Shown in pieces: positions 1 to 8,485 of a DNA stretch of 29,404 bases (within the stretch, counting starts at the first letter, position 1; every line of letters starts with the position of its first letter). Position numbers and translations under genes: made by a program. The stretch comes from Catajapyx aquilonaris (lineage: Eukaryota). The stretch is taken from the NCBI GenBank assembly GCA_000934665.2, contig KZ538393.1:62001-91404 (forward strand), in the 5' to 3' direction. The notes below the pieces were generated by a model that saw only the letters and a program-made list of their open reading frames with translations, ran no database searches and was not told the DNA's origin.

Positions 1-1178
1 GGCTGTGTGAACTGCATTCCCTCTTTGCTCTTGCTTTTCCCCTATATATACACCTATAGTACTCTCGGATCGTGTATATGTGTGTTGGTATTAGAGAGAG
101 GGTGGGTAGGGGGGGGCTAGAACGAGTGAGGTATAAAGTATTTGTGCAGCGGTGCTGTGATTGGAGAGTGTTCCTGTGGGACCGTCGCTGGCGCCAAGTA
201 CAAAAGGAGTCCGGACATGGAAATGAAGTGTAATTGAAGTCCGCGCTTGTCCGACCACAATTGGACAAAGTTGTAAGATCCCCGTGATTACTGCGGCTGC
301 GATTGTTGCCGGTTCCATTTACCGCGACATTTCCATCGATTAATCCCTCTCCTCTTGCCTACAAGGACACAAAGCTGGCAGTTAATGTGAAGGGATTACG
401 GGGTCGGGCCCGGGATAAAAGCTCCAATTGCATTTGCGATATTGCCGCCCAAAACCCTGCCCCTAAGCCGCTCAGCCACTGGCTTATTGATGGCTTGCAG
501 ATTAATGGCTACATACTGTTGCAGTACCCCCCTCCCCCCCCCGCCCAAAAAAAATCCCTTGGATTTAAAAAAAATACTTGGCCCAATCATTATGAAATTA
601 ACTCGCCTCGACCAGGTTACACAGTGTGTATATAACCTGCTGATGTGATTGGTCGATTTGGTTCGCCCCCTGATAGGATGTGCGTAACAATCCGGTGCAG
701 TTTTTGTTTTTTTATGGGACACAGATTGGATTCTGAGCCCCCCCTTTTGCCAACAACACAGAGCCAGCAGACGCGGAAGAATAATAATGTAGTGTGCACT
801 ATTCAGCATGCCGAGAGCCTGATTAATTAAAACCACGAGACCTATCAGTTAAGCCATAGTATGGAGAGTCCCAAACTAGAAACGAAACACTGGTTATTTG
901 CCTGTTTTTCAGCAGTGTACACACATAGGTTGATTGGAAAAGTATTAGTCTATTATTTTGGTCATCTCGGGCCAACTAACGAAAAAATTAGCCAATATTT
1001 CCTGCTTACATCGGAAATCAAGTCAATTATTAGCAGAATTTCAATGGGCAAATGTTTTATTTCCTTGTTTGACTGCTGCTGCCTTGTGTCGTGCGTGCGA
1101 CCAGCATGATGCCAATAAGTCAAGGGAGCCCTTCAACTGTGTGTATAGTATACGAGACATCACATCATCGAATCAGTG

Positions 1179-1447
1179 GTAAGTAGGGTGTTTCGTCTCA
1201 CCCTAAAACCCGGAACATGGGGTCCTTAAATGTGAACGAAACTCATTGTACAAGCCCCCACAGGAACAGATGGGGAAGGGATGGGAGGGTTTGAAGGGGA
1301 GGGTGGAGGGAAAAAAAGGCGAGAACAAATTCATGAGAGCGGGAGAGTGAGTCGAATGGGACCAGTTTCTATTCGACTCACGCCTCTGAATCACGCCCCC
1401 CCATGAGTTTGGAGACTTTTGCGGCATTTCCTATGGCACTCTTTCAG
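1179..1447 (+). other. Probable 5'-UTR intron of SKOR (269 nt)
   Basis: Consensus donor TG|GTAAGT at 1178/1179 and pyrimidine-rich acceptor ...cactctttcag| at 1447, 55 nt upstream of the start codon. The pairing of this donor with this acceptor is inferred. Confidence 0.6.
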
Positions 1448-1502
1448 GTCGTCGCTGTTGAGTGCCGTGTCATAGTACCGGAGGAAAGTGCAGTTGCTGG
1501 GA

Positions 1503-1637
1503 ATGGCGGCCAGCGAGGCCAGGTCGTCGTCTTCGTCGTCGTCGTCTCCAGGGCTGCCGGTGCCCAGCATCACTGGGGTGCCACAGTCCACGTCGCATGA
1601 GCCAGATGAGCGCCAGACCAATCTCAAGCCGAACCAG
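1503..1637 (+). CDS. SKOR: SKOR coding exon 1 (MAASEARSSSSSSSSPG...NLKPNQ, 45 codons; exon probably begins at 1448)
   Basis: Ends CAG|GTAAGG. Splicing to 1720 gives LKPNQ|VG, the conserved lead-in to the SKOR Dac domain. There is an upstream acceptor ctctttcag| at 1447. Confidence 0.88.
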
Positions 1638-3368
1638 GTAAGGTGGCCACTATCTCTGAAATTCATTAATAGACGCGGGGACAGACAGTGTGACGATGGT
1701 GTAATTCATTGAGACGCAGGTGGGCACCGTGCTGCTGTACGGCGTTCCCATCGTGTCCCTGGTGATCGACGGACACGAGCGTCTGTGCCTGGCCCAGATA
1801 TCCAACACCCTTCTGAAGGACTTCAGCTACAACGAGATCCACAACCGTCGAGTGGCTCTGGGCATCACCTGCGTCCAGTGCACCCCTGTCCAGCTGGAGA
1901 TCCTGAGGAGGGCAGGGGCCATGCCCGTGTCCTCCAGACGATGCGGGATGATCACCAAGAGAGAGTCGGAGCGCCTGTGCAAGAGCTTTCTAGGGGACAA
2001 TTCTCCTCCGAAGCTGCCGGACAACTTCGCCTTCGACGTGTACCACGAGTGCGCCTGGGGCTGTCGAGGCGCCTTCCTTCCGTCGAGGTACAACTCGTCC
2101 AGGGCCAAGTGCATCAAGTGTGCCTTCTGCAGCCTCTTCTTCTCGCCCAACAAGTTCATCTTCCACTCGCACCGGTTACCCGAGTCCAAGTACGTCCAGC
2201 CAGACGCGGCTAATTTTAACAGCTGGAGACGGCATATGAAATTGTACGGACAGCCTCCGGACGAGGTAGGTCACACGTTTGAGTCGTCAGAGGCAGATGA
2301 TGATGACGGACCGGGTTACAACCAGGTGGTGCACGCTTGGGAGGACGTGAAAGCCATGTTCAACGGAGGAACCAGGAAGAGGCTGATGGCCGCTCATGCC
2401 CATCACGCTGCAGCCACCAGGAGACCTCCGCCTCCGAAGCAGATGAAAGCGGAGGAGTCGCCCGATTTGTTAAAGGCTCACCAGCCCTACCTTCAGCCTG
2501 ACCATCATCACCAGGGTCACCACCACCACCACCAGCCGCCTCCGCCGTCGCCAGTCGCCTTTCTGGGTCGAGTGACTGCCCTTCCGGCAGAGAAGCAGCC
2601 CCTGCACCTGCCATACGACGTGCCCAGACACTTGGTGGACTACGTGTGGAACCCTGCCAAAAACCCATTTCCATTCCCGCCCCTGGGCCTGCCCTACGCG
2701 TTTCCCTGGCTGACCAAGAGGCCATTGATGCCTCTGGTACCACCGCCTCCCCCGCCCCCGCCACCGCCTCCTCCTCCGATGCCACAGCAGACAATGACTG
2801 CAACATCGCAGCATCCGGACACTGCTGGAGTCAACCACCACCAGCTCTCCAGGCTGCACACCTTGCACCAACCACACATTGACAAGGTAAGCCGAATCGT
2901 TTGGTGCCAACAATATTATCATTGTTACATGCCCACCATTTTCTGCAGTTTGCTGCAGAAAAGGAGGCGGCGGAAAAGGCGTACGAGTCCGCGTTCAGAC
3001 CTGTGCTGGGAAAGGCCAAGGAAGGAGCTTCAGCCGCCTGCTGGGGTCTGTACTCATGGCTGAGAAGAGGTTCAGCCGAAGAGGACGAGGCCAAACTGGA
3101 GGAGCAGCACTCACTCCTGCTGCCACCTCGGTTCTTGACCTATGACCCATTGGGACCTTTCTCGTCCCCGACGCCTGTCGTGCAAGTGCCGACGTCGCCA
3201 ACGCCAAAAGCGTCGGACGCGGACGAAGAGAACGTCGACGTCGAAACCACAGACGAGGAGACGCCGCTGACGTCGACGGTGGACGCAACATCCGGCGACG
3301 CGCCAGAGGTGGTCAACAAGAATAAGGACTTGCCCGTTGTTGTCAAGAAAATGTGCCCGCTGGTATAG
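1503..3368 (+). CDS. SKOR: SKI family transcriptional corepressor (SKOR1/2, Drosophila fussel/CORL ortholog); spliced CDS join(1503..1637,1720..2265,2326..2886,2949..3368), 553 aa
   Basis: The translation contains the SKOR-type Ski/Sno/Dac domain (KPNQVG..LYGVPIVSLVIDGHERLCLAQISNTLLK..YNEIHNRRVALGITCVQCTPVQLEILRRAGAMPVSSRRCGMITKRESERLCKSFLG). It also has the SAND/Smad4-binding domain (HECAWGCRG..CIKCAFC..FSPNKFIFHSH..FNSWRRH), HAWEDVKAMFNGGTRKR and a later SAFRPV motif. Three phase-0 GT-AG introns restore the family-like sequence. ATG 1503 has a strong Kozak context (GGAatgG) and follows an in-frame TAG at 1473-1475. Confidence 0.95.
1638..1719 (+). other. SKOR intron, 82 nt, phase 0
   Basis: GTAAGG...GACGCAG. 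It contains a stop in the exon-1 frame, and removal restores KPNQ|VG. Confidence 0.9.
1720..2265 (+). CDS. SKOR: SKOR coding exon 2: Ski/Sno/Dac domain (~1720-1995) and SAND/Smad4-binding domain (~2026-2244), 182 codons
   Basis: Acceptor gcag|GTG at 1719/1720 and donor GAG|gtaggt at 2265/2266. Closely matches SKOR domains as recalled. Contains the D-box-like RLCLAQISN (RxxLxxxxN) at 1780-1806. Confidence 0.95.
2266..2325 (+). other. SKOR intron, 60 nt, phase 0, in frame and stop-free
   Basis: GTAGGT...AACCAG. Removal restores the family spacing KL..PDE|VVHAWEDVKAMF. Confidence 0.82.
2326..2886 (+). CDS. SKOR: SKOR coding exon 3 (VVHAWEDVKAMFNGGTRKR, His- and Pro-rich tracts, ...HIDK), 187 codons
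   Basis: Acceptor ccag|GTG at 2325/2326 and donor AAG|gtaagc at 2886/2887. Starts with the conserved HAWEDVKAMFNGG motif. Confidence 0.88.
2887..2948 (+). other. SKOR intron, 62 nt, phase 0
   Basis: GTAAGC...TTTTCTGCAG. Removal switches into the SAFRPV-containing frame. Confidence 0.85.
2949..3368 (+). CDS. SKOR: SKOR terminal coding exon (FAAEKEAAEKAYESAFRPV...DEENVDVE...KKMCPLV*), 139 aa + stop
   Basis: Pyrimidine-rich acceptor cccaccattttctgcag| at 2948. The phase-0 join places the Ski-family SAFRP motif (2988-3005) in frame. TAG at 3366-3368 is followed by AATAAA at 3545. Confidence 0.82.
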   Translation, partial: FAAEKEAAEKAYESAFRPVLGKAKEGASAACWGLYSWLRRGSAEEDEAKLEEQHSLLLPPRFLTYDPLGPFSSPTPVVQVPTSPTPKASDADEENVDVETTDEETPLTSTVDATSGDAPEVVNKNKDLPVVVKKMCPLV

Positions 3369-3429
3369 CCTACTCGCGAGTTCGAGTCGTCGGTCGGTAG
3401 CGATAGTTGTTTGTAGGCTCCAGATGTGC

Positions 3430-3486
3430 TGTACATATACGGCGTGCAAAATAACCTATACTCTAGTCGACGTGTACGTGTACATA
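3430..3486 (+). promoter_or_regulatory. Two Pumilio response elements (TGTACATA at 3430-3437 and 3479-3486) in the SKOR 3' UTR
   Basis: Exact matches to the UGUAHAUA consensus. Confidence 0.5.
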
Positions 3487-3544
3487 ACGCTATTTGTTAA
3501 TGCCGTTACAGAAGTAATGTCGCCAACACTTGAAACATATTTGA

Positions 3545-3550
3545 AATAAA
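3545..3550 (+). terminator. Polyadenylation signal AATAAA of SKOR
   Basis: First canonical AATAAA after the stop codon (~180 nt downstream), with GT/T-rich sequence further on (e.g. gtgtgcgattttttcg at 3671). Confidence 0.6.
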
Positions 3551-3631
3551 TAGGTGCGTTTACATCCGGAAAGCAAGACGCGCTCGAGATGTGCAGCCGC
3601 ATCTCGAGCGCGTCTATTGTAAACGCATTTA
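3551..3631. repeat. Nested inverted repeat/hairpin (possible tiny Harbinger/Tourist-like MITE relic)
   Basis: Perfect 16-bp inner stem AGACGCGCTCGAGATG (3576-3591)/CATCTCGAGCGCGTCT (3600-3615) with an 8-nt loop. Outer arms are TAGGTGCGTTTACA/TGTAAACGCATTTA. No clear TSD. Confidence 0.75.
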
Positions 3632-3884
3632 TTGAACGACACCAGTGTTTCAGTCGAGATGTCAGCTTCAGTGTGCGATTTTTTCGCACAAAGTTGCTTG
3701 TTATTTGCAAACCCATCAACCGGTCCTAATCATTCCCAAAAGTAACTAAACTCGTCAGTGAAAAAGACAGCTCCAATTGAAATCTGCACTTGAACTGAAA
3801 TTATACTCTGTGCTATGTAAGGTGCTCCGACGCCACTTTTGTCTGCATGTTTAAAGCTTTGGAATGTCGTTTTTCCAGCCCAGT

Positions 3885-4044
3885 TAAATCCAATCCGCAC
3901 TGGCTGAAAATTCAGAAAAATTCAGGTAATTTCATCCGGATGAATGACTGAATTTTATGTTTCACCGTGCTATCTCACTGGCTGCAATTTTTGAGACTGC
4001 GCAGTTTTCTTTTGGAATTTTAACCCAGTGTGGAGCAGGATTTA
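3885..4044. mobile_element. Degenerate MITE-like foldback element (~160 bp)
   Basis: Left end TAAATCCAATCCGCACTGGCTGAAAATTC resembles the reverse complement of the right end, TAAATCCTGCTCCACACTGGGTTAAAATTC. Internal palindrome TTCATCCGGATGAA is flanked by AAAATTCAG/CTGAATTTT. Confidence 0.5.
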
Positions 4045-7000
4045 CAGTTCATGTCACATACACCTCGGTAACAATGTAACATATAGTTGAAAAAGAAAGC
4101 AGCCCCTCTAACTAATGAATGTACTGCAACCTTTAAGTGAATAAATCACCTTCGGTAATAATTTGGACAAGTGTGACAGCAATGTTCGCCCCAACAACCA
4201 GCTTTTTATTTGGATAAAACCATCCACAACATGTCTTGTGTAGCTTGCAAATAATTACTCTTCGCAGCATTTGAATTGCTTTGCGTCGCAGGTTGTAGCA
4301 GTAAACAAGAGCAGTTGGTTTACAACACACAGCGACTTTGGTTCCAGAGCCTGAACCTTGGAATGGAATTTTGTGTTCAGGGATCTAATGGGCCAGACAA
4401 ATGGACGTCGGGTCTGGGATTCACTGGGGGCAGCTTATTAAATTCGTGGGAGGAAAAAGTGCTTTGGTTGCACTGTCGGACATGTTCCATATCGGTTGCG
4501 GGTCGGTCAGCCAATATTACTGGAATATTCGCCGAATTCTGCACAGATTCTGGCCTCCAATGACCATCCGTCGTGTGAAGGTAAGTTCGCCGTATATTTT
4601 GAGAGAAATTGGACAACAATATATACAGTATATTATTTGAAAATTATTCACAGAGCAATGTCCGCGGTTTCTTCAACAATTTTTCGACAGCCCAACAACA
4701 ACCGGCCGCAAGTGTGTAAAACTGATAGCAAGCCAGTAAACATTTTTCTTGCCAATAACTCGAGACCTTACCTTACGTGCGTGTAATTGGCATTAACAAG
4801 GTTGCAGTGTGTGTGAATGATGTAAGGCCCCGCACACCGCCGGCCAAAGCCTCTTGAATTATTTACGCCGGCGTAAATATACTCCCCATCATATATACCA
4901 CACACTCCCTCCGCAGAAAATGGCCTTGCGTTGAGCACAAAATGAAATTAATTACCAGCCAGACAATTATTATTGGAGTAAAATAAGCGGACGTGTTTCC
5001 CGATGGCCGACATGAAATTTTGAACGCCGCCTGATTTTATTGGGGGGGATTGCCGCCGGGGGTAATTAATCGCGACTATTTTGCATGATACGAAAAGTTT
5101 CACGATTTATACTGAAAGTCATTGCCATTCGCATGATAACATCAGTACGTATCGTTACTCTTCAATAGTTTCAATTGAAAATTTTCTAACTGATTTTTAA
5201 ATGATACGTCACGACGAGGGTGCACCCTACCTAATTAGTGATGGTTTCATTACCGATATGATGCAACAGATTTCGTGGTGCAGCATCCTTGAGGTTGATT
5301 CTGGAGGCACCTTTTGGCTGCTGCCTAATTAGGCTCCGGGAGGGCTCTTTTGAGCCTGATGTTTCCCCGGGTGCGACCAATAACCAGGGTTGGGGCGGAA
5401 AGACTAATTAATCCCAGCAAGCTCTCTTTGGTCTTTAGTGGGGAGTGATGGTGATGCTGCCAATCCTTTTCCTTGCAGATGACTTGGGGAGAAGCATATA
5501 AGATGCCGGTGTTTAACAGCCGGGGTAGTAACCGAGGGAAGGAGCAAATGAGGCTTAATTATTAAGGAGACGATAATTAGGGTTGCCTTCACGTGATTAA
5601 CACTTGCTTCCAGACGGTAGCTGCGGGAATGGATGTCGCTTTGTCAACTGGTGGGTTCTATGTATCTTTAGAATATGGCCCTCATCATCAGTGATGAGAT
5701 TGGATCGTGTAATAATAATAAATTAATAGCTCATTTTTTCCACCCTCGGCGGGCCTATATTATCTATAGAGAGGGTGAAGCAAGCGATAACAGGGGGCAA
5801 GTGGAGCGTGTCGAATGGAGTGGAAGGAGACAAGCAGGTTGTCGGATTGGCCAAATGGCACCACAGCCGCTGACATTTGCCTAATGACAGCCTGGGAGAA
5901 GCGGGCAGCAAATATTATCGGTGTAGGACATGAGAGATGGTGGGGAGGGTATAGTGTCTGATGTAAGGCACAGGACGCCAAAGAGTAATCATATTAAAAG
6001 GTTAGCTGTCGGGAATTGAAGGCAAGGAGCACTTCAAACAACACTTGATTAAACGTGTATTCAAAGGCAACGGCCGGAACGCGTTATAAATCAAGGGAAG
6101 GCAGCAGTGTATCGGGGACCACGCCCAGATATATGGAAAAAGGAGAGCGGGGGAGGAACCCTTGGCAAACAATGCTGCTGGAGGAGGGGAGGGTGCTATA
6201 CCAATGATTAACTATGTCTGGCTTGCATGGATGGGACACCCCCTTTTTTTTGACTGCTGGCAGATGGACGAAATGCGAACACCCCCAGCAGGGGAAAGGT
6301 GACACCTCGGGGAATCAATTGGGCAGGCGACAACCCATGCCTGTTTCCACAGCCAGAATAACATCATTAGGTGGCTCCATTATTGCCAATACGCGTCCGA
6401 ATCATCGTGATGGAGTGGTATATGGTTTGAGAGTGTTCATAAGTTTGATGGAGTGGCGCTGGGTTGGCAGATGTCGCAAAATTAATATGGTCAATTTTAG
6501 TAGGCTACAATCATTGTGTAAGGCCAAAGTGGTCGCCGTGCAGCAGTTGACTGTCGGTCTAAGAAAAGAGCTTACTCTTTATTATGCTATACTGTATTTG
6601 AAGACTTGAAAGGCCCCGTTGGAATGATGAGGGTTTGTATACTTTCCTGTAACATTAATTTTATTCATAATGTTTCTTCGTGTACTGTTTCTGGACCATC
6701 TAAAAATTGCACATCGAGTACGAAAGTAATGCCTCTCCCATTTTCACAATGGTTCAGCAAAAATCAAGGCTTAGATTAATTATACTGTAATATTAAAATG
6801 ACACCATGGTTTTCGCGCAGTGTGGACCTATACAGACCTCTGCTTTTTGGGACATGGAAAGGTTGGTCAATCAAGCAATCAATTAACAGGAAATGGGGCG
6901 GGGGTGACTTCAATCGCGTCAACACGGCTCAGGTGGTTTATAATGTAGCAGTTCCCCGTGTCAACAATTGCTAGAAGTGACCTTTACCACTATAGTGTTA

Positions 7001-8195
7001 TACAAAGTTCTCGCTCGCTGTATTGTCCAACTAAGTTTTGCCAGGTTACATCCCGTGTCCATCAATATTATATTGGATCCGGATCGGCAGAGTATTTTGA
7101 TGGCAGTATTATATGAGCGACAACTAACACTGTAGTGAGCGAACGAGTGCTCATTGGATAAATATTAGGATCTATACAGCAGCGGAAAAGTGAAGGTGGT
7201 TTGACATTTTGAGAATCGACCTGCGTGACATTATTTTCTCAAAGGTCTCCTGATCGTTGCACACGGGTTATTCGCAGCGATGAATTTTGCACGGCACTTC
7301 CAATATTGCCTTTTGGAACACATGGGCGTTCTTGTTCCATACTACCCACTCCATTCCCCCATCAAGTACGCCGTAATGTCACATTCTGGTGTCGTAAGTG
7401 TACAGTACTTTTAATTAGACAAGATTCTAATGCCCTGTGCGCAACTGGAACAAAAGGCAGCATATGAAGTATGCCCATGTGATATTGTTTCATTTTCGTT
7501 CATGCAGATTTTATCAAAAATTGTTCCCGTTATGTTCCAAACAATTCATAAACTTGCTTAACATTCTGGCGCAACATGGCTATACAGTTTTGTCGAAACA
7601 TTTGTGACTGTACATGTCGACATTCCTTTATTGCCTGTGTAGTGTGAAAATTGGAGGTGTATATAGGCGCCCGTTTCGTAACCTTCAACTGGCGGAACCC
7701 AGCACTTGGAAAGCCCCCCAACCAGCCGGCCTCCAAAAGGCTGAAAGTACTATCAACAGCTATGTTGCTATGTGATGAACATTCGTCACCCATCCATTAT
7801 TAGTGTAAGGTGATACCTACCCGCGGGGGACCTGCATTACGGAATTGGCTACACTTCTATAGCCAATTCCACAATGACTTGTGATTTCTATCATTGGCCA
7901 TTTGAGGCTATCACCATTTGAAGACCAAACGGGAACCGCTTGATGCTATCGCCTCTATCATAATACGTTCGATACGAATAAGGGCAAAAGGGAGGGGAGG
8001 AGGGGGGCTGAGGAGGAGGGGGGGGGGGGTGCGATTGATTACGGCTGAAGTGGCCGACTACCACTTGCGAAATGGTAAGGTGAGACTGGCTCAATTACAT
8101 TAACGAGCTTGCCGATTAACCAATCAAACCTGATGACCTTCCTATTTACGGATTTCTACATAATGCCCCGTGGTATATCAAATATGCTATAGGCC

Positions 8196-8485
8196 TACAG
8201 GGTGAATAATTTAGAACAAAAATAATTACATTCTGCTACTTACGTCATAATTATGTGGGAAGTACTGTTTCAAGTGAGCGTATGACATTTATGTTCACAA
8301 ATAAAAACAGGAGTACTGCACTTACATAATTATCTTGGAACATACAGTAGAAGGGTGACCCCTAACGCCTGAATATGCCGGATGATAATTAATTGCATTG
8401 GATTGTTGGTTGACAATTGGCAACTTGGCAGCCAACAATTACTGGTACCTGTAATTATGTCCAGATTTTAGTGTCACCCTGCATA
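8196..8485. mobile_element. Decayed mariner-type MITE relic (CAGGGTGA...TCACCCTG ends)
   Basis: TACAGGGTGA at 8196 and AGGGTGACCCCTAA at ~8352 both resemble the reverse complement of TTAGTGTCACCCTGCATA ending 8485. Which left end is the true partner is unclear. Confidence 0.35.

Noticed and set aside
41..850. Candidate core promoter elements (TATA-like words at ~43 and 133, CCAAT boxes, Inr-like TCAGTT at 845)
   Set aside because: No consistent TATA-Inr-DPE spacing, so the TSS cannot be assigned from sequence alone.
1720..3063. 447-aa ORF from the track taken as the complete protein
   Set aside because: It starts at a GTG that is a splice acceptor boundary, reads through two introns and misses the SAFRPV-containing last exon.
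1785..3449. Overlapping alternative-frame and antisense ORFs (142, 120, 148, 150, 112, 98 aa etc.)
   Set aside because: These are shadows of the GC-rich, low-complexity SKOR coding sequence with no recognisable domains.
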